A DNA stretch of 64,000 nucleotides. Origin: an uncultured Desulfosarcina sp. (lineage in GTDB: Bacteria > Desulfobacterota > Desulfobacteria > Desulfobacterales > Desulfosarcinaceae). Location: NCBI GenBank assembly GCA_963674945.2, contig CAXXWQ010000003.1, positions 1,312,001 to 1,376,000 of the forward strand, in the 5' to 3' direction. Shown in pieces: positions 19,244-28,807 of the stretch. Numbering within the stretch: the stretch's first letter is position 1; every line of letters starts with the position of its first letter. Position numbers and translations under genes: made by a program. The notes below the pieces were generated by a model. That model saw nothing but the letters and a program-made list of their open reading frames with translations. It ran no database searches and was not told the DNA's origin.

Positions 19244-20959
19244 AAAAAGAGACATCTGCCCCTTTACATCCAGCGCCATACCAAACTCGTCCTCGAAATC
19301 GTCCTGCAACTCCTGGATCTCACCGGGTGTGAGGCCGGCGATGTTGGCGGTAATCATATTGTCTTTTCCATCGGCTTCCAGGTTGTGGATACGACAGCCA
19401 TCGGGCAACATGGAGCGCAGCAGCGTTCGTGGTCCGGAGGGACGCCCCCTCTTTTTTGGCGCTTCGTATATCACCGTCCGGCAGGAGACCCGCTGGATGT
19501 GCCACTTCAGATAGGCGAAGCGTTCGTTCTCCGTCTCGGGGGATCGAAAGGTGACCCTGAGCGTCGTATCATCCAAATGCAACCGGGAACCCGCCACACC
19601 CGCCTGCTTGAGGATTTTCCGAGTCTCGTCTCGGGCCTCCTTGACGCTGCATTCTCCCTCCCGCGCCTCGTAATGGAGCACCGGTTCGCCGTCCAGCCCG
19701 GCGGTCACGACCTCCGGCGGCAGGCTCATCAGAATGGATTGTACCTCTTCCAGGCAAACGGCGTCACGAATGCGCAAGAACGCATCGGGACAGGTCACCT
19801 TGATTCCGGAGAGAGACTGGGCCTGACGGAAGGGATCCGAACCACGACTCCTCCACTGTTTGGAAAGTCCTGCCATCTGGGCCGCCCCGTATTGCAGTGG
19901 ATGGACGCTTCTGTCGACGATGTCGATGACGGTGCAGGCATTCTTTCCAGGGGCCGTTCGCAGCCCCCGTCCGATACACTGGGTGTAAACCAGGGGCGAA
20001 GTAGTGGGCCTTGCCATGAGGATGCACGCAACGGTGGGGTCGTCGAATCCCTCGGTGAGCACCCCGTAGTTGGTCAACACCTGGATCTCACCCTTTGTAA
20101 AACGCTTCAGGATCTCTTCCCGATTCTTGCTCTTGCCGTCGATCTTCTCGGCCCGCACCCCCAAGGTGCAGAAGTCGGCGGCAAGATCCTGGGCGTGGTC
20201 GATACCGGCACAAAAGGCGATGGTCTTCCCTCCTTCACCCCGTTCCATCCACGCCTGTAAGGTCAACGCCCGGGTCTTAGGGGTGTTCATCACCCGTGAG
20301 AGGGCGCCCACCTGGAAATCGCCGGCCGACATCTTGACCCTATCCAGCTTGAGGTTCCCACGAATTGTGAAATACCGCATGGGCACCAGATAACCGAGAT
20401 CCTCCAGGTCCGGGCGGGAGATTTCGAATGCCGTTCGACCGAAGACGTCCAGGGCGGACTTGCCGTCCGTCCGCTGGGGGGTGGCCGTCATTCCGAGCAG
20501 TAACGTATCTCGATCTGCCTGGGTGTGAAAGTAGTCGATCACCTCCCCCCAACTCGGCGCCAGTGCCCGGTGGCATTCATCGCAGATGATCAAGGCGTAG
20601 GCTTTGGGATCGTAATTCTCTTTCCTGCGCACCAGAGATTGGACCGATGCCAGGACAATGGCGCCGTTGCCATGGGCCGTCCTCGTACCCTGCTCGATCT
20701 GCACCTTGATTCCCGGCAGATGCCGCCGGATGGTACGGGCGGTCTGGTCGATGATCTCCTTTCGATGGGCCACGAAGAGAACCTTGCCGAACCCTTTCGT
20801 GGTTCTAAGGGCCTTGATGATGTGGGTGGCGATCACGGTTTTCCCGGCACCGGTGGGAAGATAGAGAAGCATGCGCCGCTGGTTCTTTTCCTGGTACCGT
20901 GAAACGACGGCGGCAACTGCCTTTTTCTGATAGGGTCGAAGCCGAAATGGTTTGGTCAT
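19241..20959 (-). CDS. SF2 DExH helicase (ResIII/RadD/Irc3-like) with an uncharacterised C-terminal region; last gene of the Wadjet-like operon
   Basis: LRPYQ, LPTGAGKT, VAHRKEI, DECH, MTATP, VLTEGFD, QCIGRGLR. Starts 10 nt after the jetD-like stop. Confidence 0.92.
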   Translation of the reverse strand: MTKPFRLRPYQKKAVAAVVSRYQEKNQRRMLLYLPTGAGKTVIATHIIKALRTTKGFGKVLFVAHRKEIIDQTARTIRRHLPGIKVQIEQGTRTAHGNGAIVLASVQSLVRRKENYDPKAYALIICDECHRALAPSWGEVIDYFHTQADRDTLLLGMTATPQRTDGKSALDVFGRTAFEISRPDLEDLGYLVPMRYFTIRGNLKLDRVKMSAGDFQVGALSRVMNTPKTRALTLQAWMERGEGGKTIAFCAGIDHAQDLAADFCTLGVRAEKIDGKSKNREEILKRFTKGEIQVLTNYGVLTEGFDDPTVACILMARPTTSPLVYTQCIGRGLRTAPGKNACTVIDIVDRSVHPLQYGAAQMAGLSKQWRSRGSDPFRQAQSLSGIKVTCPDAFLRIRDAVCLEEVQSILMSLPPEVVTAGLDGEPVLHYEAREGECSVKEARDETRKILKQAGVAGSRLHLDDTTLRVTFRSPETENERFAYLKWHIQRVSCRTVIYEAPKKRGRPSGPRTLLRSMLPDGCRIHNLEADGKDNMITANIAGLTPGEIQELQDDFEDEFGMALDVKGQMSLF

Positions 20960-20969
20960 GGCTGTTCAA

Positions 20970-22040
20970 TTATCGCAATGCGGCCAGTATGTCCGCGGTG
21001 GTCAGCCCCTCCTGGGGCCATCGCTCATCGTCGGCTTTTTCCAGGTACCTCTCTGCCAGTTCGTCGCCGAGCCAATGCTTTGCCAGGATCGGGTCGCGGT
21101 CTCTTTCCTGGGATCGGGCGTAGGAAACCGATAAATCCTTTTCCAAAAGCGCCCGGTAAAGGCCCTTTTCCGCTTCCATGGGCTGCATCTTTCTCTCCTC
21201 CCGGTATCCGTTGATGCGGCACGGGATGGCGATACCGGCAGGATCCAAGTCCCCGAAGTAACGGATGCCGTCTGCGGCCACCTGGAGTCGGATCTCCTCC
21301 AGGCCGTCGCTGGCGCGTTCGGCGGCACATGCCGTAAAGCCCTGACCGTAGACGACGGCGGCGTACCGATGAAGGTCATCGTTGGCCCGGAAGCAGCTCC
21401 AGTAGGTATTGGCGTTTTCCACCACCAGCAATGGTTTGCCTTGGGTCTGCCGTACATCCAGGGAGAAGGATCGAAAGGGAAGCGGTTCGGGACAATAGAA
21501 ACAGTCCAGGTCTTCCAGGGTGATGCGGCCGCCGAACATGCCGGTGCGCACGTATCGATCCAGGGCCTTTTCGTCGCCGAATATCTCCAGGGCGCGTTCC
21601 CGATGGGGCACACGTATCTGCCGCTGCGGACGGTGGAGAAGGTACCGGTTTATCCGTCTGGCACGTTTCAGTTCCCGCCTGGTGCGCAGGCTATGGGCAA
21701 AGGCCACCATTCGCGTGGGTTCCCATGCCGTTTCGTTGCGAAGGTCGGCCAGTGTCTTCTGTCTTGCCTGCTGAGTTTGATCCTCGGCGGTTCTTACGGC
21801 TGTGACGTACCCGGGCAGGCCGGTCCGTCGATCCCAGATATGCCTCGCCTTGGGAAGACGAAGACGGCCCTCTTTTGCCAACGCCGTAAGGGTCTCTTTG
21901 AGCCTGTCCTGGATTTCGAAATCGGTTCGAGGGCCGACGATGAGGCGACGAACGGCGGCTTCGATCTCGCCGATGGCCACCTGTTTTTTGCGGCTGGCAC
22001 CAAGCACCTGTAACACGGCATCACGCCATAACCGTTCCAT
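20970..22040 (-). CDS. jetD: Wadjet JetD-like TOPRIM nuclease (DUF2220/DUF2399-like)
   Basis: RERALEIFGDEKAL, LVVENANTY, VVYGQG, YFGDLDPAGIAI, WPQE; overlaps the end of the SMC-like gene. Confidence 0.85.
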   Translation of the reverse strand: MERLWRDAVLQVLGASRKKQVAIGEIEAAVRRLIVGPRTDFEIQDRLKETLTALAKEGRLRLPKARHIWDRRTGLPGYVTAVRTAEDQTQQARQKTLADLRNETAWEPTRMVAFAHSLRTRRELKRARRINRYLLHRPQRQIRVPHRERALEIFGDEKALDRYVRTGMFGGRITLEDLDCFYCPEPLPFRSFSLDVRQTQGKPLLVVENANTYWSCFRANDDLHRYAAVVYGQGFTACAAERASDGLEEIRLQVAADGIRYFGDLDPAGIAIPCRINGYREERKMQPMEAEKGLYRALLEKDLSVSYARSQERDRDPILAKHWLGDELAERYLEKADDERWPQEGLTTADILAALR

Positions 22041-25000
22041 CGCGCTTCTCCACGTTCAGCTCGGTAATCTCCAGCAGGTCATAGGCGACGCCGTCGATCT
22101 TTATTTTCCTCTCCCCTTTTCGGATGGCAACGCGAAGTTCGAACAGGTCCAGGGATTCGCGGTCATTGATGCCGGTAAGATAGACACACTGGATGCCCAT
22201 GGCCCTGGCCACTTTCAACTGCGCATCGAGAAAGTCCGATCGATTGCAGACCCCTAATGGGTTGTCCAGCACGAGGAAGGCGGGAATTCGCCCATCGGGC
22301 TGACTGTGTCGCCTTTTTCTCATGGAAATCAGCAGCGTATAGAGCAGTACCGCCGTTGTCAAGGCTTCCCCACCCGATCCCAGATCCTTTCCCACCGGCT
22401 CGTAGTTACGACCGGTATCGTCACATTTGATCAGCCGGATACCGAAAGTTTTCTTGCCGGTGGAAGCCCCCAGCAGCTGGTAGAGCAACTCCGATCCCAG
22501 GCAGTTTCCCGCCCTGGGATTCACCTCGGGCAGGCGGTCCTGCTGGATGAGTTCGTGAAGCCAATTCTCAACCGATCTCTTGAAATCCTCTTTGTACCGG
22601 ACAAAATCCAGCCTGGTTCCGGCGCGGAGGATGCTTCGGCCACCGTAGATGAACACGTCTTCGGGGATGGTGTGCTGGGCCGCCCCATGCAGCTTCTGAT
22701 GATACTCCTTGGCACGGGAAAGAAGCATATCCACGAGATTGTCGACGATCTGTTGAGAAATGGCAAGATCGCTCTCGATGTTTTGGGCGATGTCCTCGCA
22801 TCGCCGGATCAGTTCTTCCGCCTGGGCCCCGAGGGATTCGGGATCATGGCGCCGCAATTCATCGGTCACCGCAGGCAGGTGGCTTCGGAAGTGGTCCCCC
22901 TGAAGATCGGCCTGAAGGCGTTCGAAACCACCACCCAACCGCCGGCGGGCTGCATCCACGGCCTTTTTCTCCTCCTCCTGGGTCGTTTTCCGAAGGCGTA
23001 CCTGCTCCCGCAGGGCTCTTACCGCAGCCACCGTCTCCTCCGTGTCGGATGGCGCCAACGGATCCGTCCACGGGAATCTGGGGGAGTCGCCGTCCCAGAC
23101 GGGTGCAAAGGTCTCCGTCTGGACCAGACCGAGTTGCGTCTCCCGCTGCCACTTCTCGTGGACGGTGATCTGGTCCGATAGTTCCCTGCACCGCTTTGCC
23201 AGTCGCGCGCAGTTCTGTTCGTGGCGCAACGATTCACGCTGGAGGCGATGGATCATGGCGCTCGCATCCTGGCCGGCAAGTGTCTTCTCCACGATATCCG
23301 GCTGGATGCCTTTCTTTGCCAGTTCAAAAACCTGTTCTCTCAGCTTCTGGCTGTCCCGCCCTAGGTATTCGATCTCAGACTGCAGGCTGCCGGTTGCCCT
23401 CGTGCGTTTCTCAATTTCGCCGGCCAGCCACTGGCTTCGCACCTCCCGGTCGGCAGAACTCCGGGACGCCCAGCTGTCGGCCTGCTTCTCGTCGTACGCC
23501 CGTTCCCGGCGCAACGTCTCGAGCCGGGCCTCCCGTTCTGCGAGGACGATCTGCAGCTCGTCCAGCTCCTTTTGCAAAACGTCCTTTCCCAACTCGTCCG
23601 CCTTATGGCGCTGGCGCCGTAAGGCGTCCTCGAAGAGTCCCTTCAGGGTCGGAAGGTCCATGGCCATTGCCTCTTCGGCTTCCTCTTGGGAAAGTGCGGC
23701 TACTTCCGGCTTTACAACGTCGCCGGCCCGTTCATCCAGCCCTTTGAGCAGGATGGACCGCTCGCGGATGTCCCCATGAAGATCGGCAATCTCTCCTTGG
23801 ATTCGTTGGCGTGTATCGCTTTCGGCGTCAATGCCATCCGCCAGCGTTTTTCTGTCGCCGATCATCTTTTCCGCTTCCTGCTGCCAGGTGGTAAGCCGGC
23901 CGTATTGTCGGAGCCAGGATTCGATCTGTTTCAACCGCTCCTCCAGGCGGGCCTCATCGGCAGTCATGGATTGGATGGCGTGATCCTGATCGGCTTTTCG
24001 CTGTCGAAAGTCTGAAAAATGCGCCTCCGTATCGGCGATTTCCGATGCCAGTTCGGTAAGAGTCCGTTCCAACTCCCTGACACGGTCGGAAAGGCCATCC
24101 ACCGCGGATCTATCCGGGAACGTCTCCCGGTACACGTGAAGATCCCGGCTGTCCGCCTCCATCTCCCGCAAAGAAGCGGTTTCCTCGCCGATCTTTTGGA
24201 AAAGGGCTTTCGTCTTCTCTCGCATTCGGCCCAGCGTCTCCTCCAAATGGCGTTTGGCGTACACATCCGGATCGGCAGGATGGATCACCACCTGCTTGAT
24301 GTCGGTCAACGAATCAGGCGTACACGGAGTGGAGAGAACGACGGGCCGGTGGAGCCATCGGGGTACGGGCAGTTCCATAACGGCCTCGATCACCTTTTCG
24401 GTGGCGGCCATGATTCCGGTGAACCGGCCGGGATCACTTTCCAGGAAACGGGCGATCTCCTCGGGCGCTTCATACAGCCCGGCCAGGTACTCGGGAAAGG
24501 ATTTCAACTCCCCGGGAGATATTCCGCTCTCATGGTAATGGGTGATGAGTTTTCTCGTCTGGGCATCGCCGGTCAACGATTTGGCATCGGTCAATTGTTT
24601 CAGTTCCATCGAAAGGTCGGCATGCCGCTTTTCCATTTTTGCCAGGCGGTCCCGCCCGCGAACGATGGTGTCGTCCAGCTTGGATACCAGCTCCGCGGCC
24701 GTGGGTTCGAGTACCGGATTGCCGGCCACCCGCTGGAGGTGGGGGGATGCCAGAAGCCGGTTTCGCTGCCGGGCCTCGGCATTCACGCGCTCTGTTGCCC
24801 GATCCTGTTGTGCCTGAACCTCCAGCCGCTTCTTATGAAGCATTCGCCACCGCTCCTCGCCGATCTTGATCTTCTCGTCCAGGTCGACCAACCGGCCTCT
24901 CGCGATGGTGATTCGCTCCTCCACGGAACGAATCTCTTCTTTCAGGCGATTTCTAGCGTCTTCCACAGATTCGCCCGACTGCATGCAAAGGGCCGAGCGG

Positions 25001-26424
25001 CTCTCTTCGGCCGCACGGATGCGGGCCAGGGTTTCGGAGATCTTCTCTTCGAGCGCCTCTTTTTGTGATTCGCGTTCGATCAGACATTTTGTTGACGATG
25101 CCAGGGAGGCATCGAGGTCCGATATCCGCTTTTTTCGTTCATCGATCTCGCGTATCACACGCCGTCGTTCCCCATCGAGGCGTGCATGATATTGAAGGGC
25201 AAGCCCATCCACCCGTCGAAACATGGGTTCAAGTTCTTCGTTGGCCTGGGACAGGGCCTCCCGCTTCGTCTTCGCCTCGGCACGGCGGCGCAGGACTTGG
25301 GAAAGGACATCTGCGGCTTTCAGGGCATTTTCCTCTCTCCTGAATCCCTGGATCTCCTCTCTTGCCCGGGCGATCTCTTGTTCGGCCCGTGCAATCTGAT
25401 CTTTGAGCTGAAAACCTTTCACCACCGACAAGTTGGCCTGGACGACTTCTCGCTGTGAGGATGCATCGTGGCGTTGACGCTCCGCCTCTTTCAAGCCCGG
25501 GTTGAGGATGTTCAGTTTCCTTGCCACCGTCTGATCCGCATTTTTCATCAAATGGGTCGCCTCCCCCAGGGTAACCTGGGAGGATTCCACCGCATCCTGC
25601 GCTTGTCGCCACTCCTTGGCCAGGGTCTCGAAGTCGACGATTCGCTCCTTCAGTTCTCGAATTGTGTTCAGCTGTGCGATTTTCCTGGGACGGTCCTCCA
25701 TCTTTCGCAGGGACTTGCCGATGGTGTCGCGCAGGGTGACGGCCGCATCCATGTCGGCCACGCACCCGAGAAAAAAATCTAAGAAATCGTCCTCGGACCG
25801 AAATTTGAATGCATCCTTGATCCCCCCTTCGCTACGGGCGAAATCGATCTGTCGCTCCATGAGCCAGGGGTCCAGACCCAACCGCTGCAAGGTATCGGTC
25901 CACTCCTTCTGGCTGGTGGTCTGTTGAACATGGGTCCCGATGAAGTCCCGCACGGTCCGCCAGGGTTGCTCCTCGTCGAGAAGTTGTTCCCACCTGTCGC
26001 GAAACAGGTCGAAAAGGTCAAGGGCATGAGCAATGAAAAAGATGCGCTCCACCTTGTCCGCCGCGCTACGGTGACGATAGAGAAGCTGGCCGAGGACAAG
26101 GTGTTCCTCGGGCTGTGTCTCGAACAAAGTGGGCTGGCCCAAATTGGCCATGTCCAGCATCACCACGGCGGGTCGACCCGGAATCAGATATTGGTCCAGG
26201 GTTTTGTCCCCGCTGGACTGAAGGTGCTGAACAAAGCGTCGCTGGTCCGGACAAAAAACGTTGAGAAGAAAAGAGAGGACGGTGGTTTTGCAGGTACCGT
26301 TGGCGGCGAACAATACGCCGTGGTCGGCATGGCCGCTCTCTCGAACGACGGGCACGAAGGCGTTTTGCAAAAGGTTCTCCCCGGCCGTAACGTCGCTGAT
26401 GAAAAATCTACAGAGTCGATACAT
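22021..26424 (-). CDS. jetC: Wadjet JetC-like SMC/MukB-family ATPase (1467 aa)
   Basis: N-terminal P-loop-like ANGTCKTT, Q-loop-like SEGG, long coiled coils around a central hinge, C-terminal signature GSGGE and Walker B-like LVLDNPLG. Confidence 0.85.
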   Translation of the reverse strand: MYRLCRFFISDVTAGENLLQNAFVPVVRESGHADHGVLFAANGTCKTTVLSFLLNVFCPDQRRFVQHLQSSGDKTLDQYLIPGRPAVVMLDMANLGQPTLFETQPEEHLVLGQLLYRHRSAADKVERIFFIAHALDLFDLFRDRWEQLLDEEQPWRTVRDFIGTHVQQTTSQKEWTDTLQRLGLDPWLMERQIDFARSEGGIKDAFKFRSEDDFLDFFLGCVADMDAAVTLRDTIGKSLRKMEDRPRKIAQLNTIRELKERIVDFETLAKEWRQAQDAVESSQVTLGEATHLMKNADQTVARKLNILNPGLKEAERQRHDASSQREVVQANLSVVKGFQLKDQIARAEQEIARAREEIQGFRREENALKAADVLSQVLRRRAEAKTKREALSQANEELEPMFRRVDGLALQYHARLDGERRRVIREIDERKKRISDLDASLASSTKCLIERESQKEALEEKISETLARIRAAEESRSALCMQSGESVEDARNRLKEEIRSVEERITIARGRLVDLDEKIKIGEERWRMLHKKRLEVQAQQDRATERVNAEARQRNRLLASPHLQRVAGNPVLEPTAAELVSKLDDTIVRGRDRLAKMEKRHADLSMELKQLTDAKSLTGDAQTRKLITHYHESGISPGELKSFPEYLAGLYEAPEEIARFLESDPGRFTGIMAATEKVIEAVMELPVPRWLHRPVVLSTPCTPDSLTDIKQVVIHPADPDVYAKRHLEETLGRMREKTKALFQKIGEETASLREMEADSRDLHVYRETFPDRSAVDGLSDRVRELERTLTELASEIADTEAHFSDFRQRKADQDHAIQSMTADEARLEERLKQIESWLRQYGRLTTWQQEAEKMIGDRKTLADGIDAESDTRQRIQGEIADLHGDIRERSILLKGLDERAGDVVKPEVAALSQEEAEEAMAMDLPTLKGLFEDALRRQRHKADELGKDVLQKELDELQIVLAEREARLETLRRERAYDEKQADSWASRSSADREVRSQWLAGEIEKRTRATGSLQSEIEYLGRDSQKLREQVFELAKKGIQPDIVEKTLAGQDASAMIHRLQRESLRHEQNCARLAKRCRELSDQITVHEKWQRETQLGLVQTETFAPVWDGDSPRFPWTDPLAPSDTEETVAAVRALREQVRLRKTTQEEEKKAVDAARRRLGGGFERLQADLQGDHFRSHLPAVTDELRRHDPESLGAQAEELIRRCEDIAQNIESDLAISQQIVDNLVDMLLSRAKEYHQKLHGAAQHTIPEDVFIYGGRSILRAGTRLDFVRYKEDFKRSVENWLHELIQQDRLPEVNPRAGNCLGSELLYQLLGASTGKKTFGIRLIKCDDTGRNYEPVGKDLGSGGEALTTAVLLYTLLISMRKRRHSQPDGRIPAFLVLDNPLGVCNRSDFLDAQLKVARAMGIQCVYLTGINDRESLDLFELRVAIRKGERKIKIDGVAYDLLEITELNVEKRDGTVMA

Positions 26425-27196
26425 CTTCTTCTCCCGATTCCACTACCGGTTCTTTCTCTTCCTCTTCATATTCCACCAGAATGTCCCGAAAGGCGTGAAA
26501 GGAATAAACGATCCCCTCCCGCATGGCGGTCTGATAAGCCGGTGTGGGGCGGTACTCCATGTCGCCGGGAGTCTCTTCGAAAAGGAGAAGGTAGCCAGTT
26601 TCCACCAAATGCTCCAGTACCTGACGCACCAGGTCTACCCAACTATTGCCGGCGCCGGCACGCAGACGGTCGGGGTTGTCCTCGGGCAGCTCCCGCAGGC
26701 GCCGGGCCACGGTACGAACCTGGGGATGCAGCCGATCCTCCTCTTCGGAAAGGGCGGCCTCGGCGTGTGCAAAACGGCGTAGAATATCGATCACATCCCT
26801 CAAGACGATGGCGCCCAGGTCTTCCACGGGCATGTCCAGGTCCGCCTCGGTGGGAAAAAGCGCGGTGGCGATGGCGCAGTGAACCGGAAGGACATCCGCG
26901 GCCCTCAGGTCGCTTCGGGCCAGCAGGCGGCCATAGTCGGTAAGGGTTGTGGCAAAAAATCCGTCTGCGTTTCGGGCCGACAGGCGCAGGCCGCCCTCTT
27001 CCAGGGCAAGCAGCCGAAGTTCCATGGCCCGCAGGGCCGCAATCACGGCCTGGCGAAAGGCCTCTTCCGCCTGAAACCGCTGCACCAGCTCGGTCATCTC
27101 CGTGCTGTTCTGGGTCACGATGCGCTTTCTTCCACTGCTGTAGGCCAGGCTCAAGTAGACGAGTCGACCGGCATCGTATATCGTCTCCGCGTTCAT
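26408..27196 (-). CDS. jetB: Wadjet JetB-like (MukE/KITE-like) subunit
   Basis: Size (262 aa) and position between jetA- and jetC-like genes; winged-helix-like C-terminus (LEHLVETGYLL...YRPTPAY); abutting/overlapping ends. Confidence 0.7.
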   Translation of the reverse strand: MNAETIYDAGRLVYLSLAYSSGRKRIVTQNSTEMTELVQRFQAEEAFRQAVIAALRAMELRLLALEEGGLRLSARNADGFFATTLTDYGRLLARSDLRAADVLPVHCAIATALFPTEADLDMPVEDLGAIVLRDVIDILRRFAHAEAALSEEEDRLHPQVRTVARRLRELPEDNPDRLRAGAGNSWVDLVRQVLEHLVETGYLLLFEETPGDMEYRPTPAYQTAMREGIVYSFHAFRDILVEYEEEEKEPVVESGEEDVSTL

Positions 27197-28807
27197 TTAG
27201 CGCTCCTGTTGGGGTCGGGATGGGACCTTACGAATCAATCGGAGTTCATGCCCCCGATACCGCCGGCCTTTGCAAAGGTCCACGGCAATCCGAGTTCCGG
27301 GGTCGGGCAATTCCACCCGAATTCGGTTCCGGACGGCCAGGCGTCGCTCCACGGTGCACTGGAACACGGCCATGGCAACGGCCACGGGAAGGAGGTCGTC
27401 GTCATCCGAGCCGGCGGATTTGCGTGACGACGCCGCCAGCAACCGGCTGAGCAGAATTTCGCCATCTTTTTGCACCGTATCGTGAAGGAGTTCGAAAGCC
27501 GTGTGCATGAGCGATTCCGTGAGATCCGACGCGAAGTGCTGGACCGGAATCGTGTCGATCTCGTGAATGGTCTGTTTTCGGTCGCCGGGAACGTTTTTGC
27601 GTTCCAGTGCCCGGTCGCATGCCTCGATCACCGAGGCCGGATCGAACAAGGTTCGCTGGGCCGGCGGGTCGATGCGGGCAATGAACTGGGTCCCCACATC
27701 CGCCGCCTCGTCCTCGCCCAGTCGGCACAAACGGCGCATCACCTCTTCCATGGGGGGAAACACGCCGAGACTTCGCCTGCGAAAAAGTTTGAAGCTGTGG
27801 TAATGGTAGTCGTCCGGAAGCTGCTGAAGCTCGCCGGAGAGCTTCAGCAATTGGTCGTTGAGTCGTTCGAGCGTCTCGGCCAGCCGGTGAAGTTTGGCAT
27901 TGCGTTGCCCTTTGCCGGAGGCCATCAGGTTCTCGATGACCATATTATGCAGCCGCCGTCCCTCTTTCTGAATGGCCGTTGCCTGATGGACGCCCTCTTG
28001 TGCCAGCGCGCGCACATGTTCGAAGGCCACGGCGTGGATGTTTCGCCGGATCTGGCGGCGGGTGTTGTGAACTTCCAACGCTTTTCGGGAACACTGCTTT
28101 CGGTTCCCATCGGCAACGGAAAGGGCGTCATCCACATTTCCCCGCTCGATGAGCAGTTTGATCCGAAGATTGCCGATGGCCGCCGCGTCCAGTGCGCTGG
28201 TCTCGTGGAGCCCGAAATAGGCGGCGTATCCTTCGTCGGTTAGGGTGAAGAGGGCTTCGCGGCCTTCGCCGGTGTAAACCGTCTTGATCAGCCAGAACCG
28301 GCGAGTTTGGAAGCGGCCGATGGAACCGTCGAACCATGAGTATTGAAAGGGTAGATAGCGGTTGTTGCGGTTGACCAGATGATCGAACACCTTGTTGAGT
28401 ATGTCTGTCAACCCCTCAGTGGTTGCTTCGACACCGCAGGCGGAGACTTGCGCCCGGGCCAGAGGCAGGATTTTTTCCAGAACCTCGCCGCGGGTGGCAC
28501 CGGACTGATACTCGGTAAGCTCCGAAATGACATCTAAAATAGCAAAAGCGATCCACAAGGCATCCACCCCATCCCAGATGGCACCGGTGTCGTCCGGTTC
28601 GCTCTGTCCAAACCGGCGGGCCTCCAGTTCGAAGATGGGCCGCATAATGGAGGCGGAGTAAACCGCCCGGCTCACATCGGTCGTAAAACCCGGATCCGAA
28701 ACGCCTCCCGGATGGATGGAACGTGTCGACGCCTGGTTGTCTTCGTCGGGTGGCGTTGGTTTTTTCAGTTTCCTGGCAAAATCGATGAGGTCGAGTTGAA
28801 TGGGCAT
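27197..28807 (-). CDS. jetA: Wadjet JetA-like (kleisin/MukF-like) subunit
   Basis: FTLTDEGY...KLLIERGNVDDA pattern recalled from type III JetA; helical middle region; stop abuts the jetB-like start. Start uncertain (ATG 28807 chosen; ORF open to 28867). Confidence 0.7.
   Translation of the reverse strand: MPIQLDLIDFARKLKKPTPPDEDNQASTRSIHPGGVSDPGFTTDVSRAVYSASIMRPIFELEARRFGQSEPDDTGAIWDGVDALWIAFAILDVISELTEYQSGATRGEVLEKILPLARAQVSACGVEATTEGLTDILNKVFDHLVNRNNRYLPFQYSWFDGSIGRFQTRRFWLIKTVYTGEGREALFTLTDEGYAAYFGLHETSALDAAAIGNLRIKLLIERGNVDDALSVADGNRKQCSRKALEVHNTRRQIRRNIHAVAFEHVRALAQEGVHQATAIQKEGRRLHNMVIENLMASGKGQRNAKLHRLAETLERLNDQLLKLSGELQQLPDDYHYHSFKLFRRRSLGVFPPMEEVMRRLCRLGEDEAADVGTQFIARIDPPAQRTLFDPASVIEACDRALERKNVPGDRKQTIHEIDTIPVQHFASDLTESLMHTAFELLHDTVQKDGEILLSRLLAASSRKSAGSDDDDLLPVAVAMAVFQCTVERRLAVRNRIRVELPDPGTRIAVDLCKGRRYRGHELRLIRKVPSRPQQER

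Noticed and set aside
19241..20959. Helicase as a type I/III restriction subunit
   Set aside because: No methyltransferase or specificity gene nearby and no PD-(D/E)xK or PLD nuclease motif recognised.
22306..26943. Several long plus-strand ORFs (291, 349 and 339 aa) opposite jetC/jetB
   Set aside because: Antisense shadows expected in GC-rich coding DNA; no recognisable motifs.
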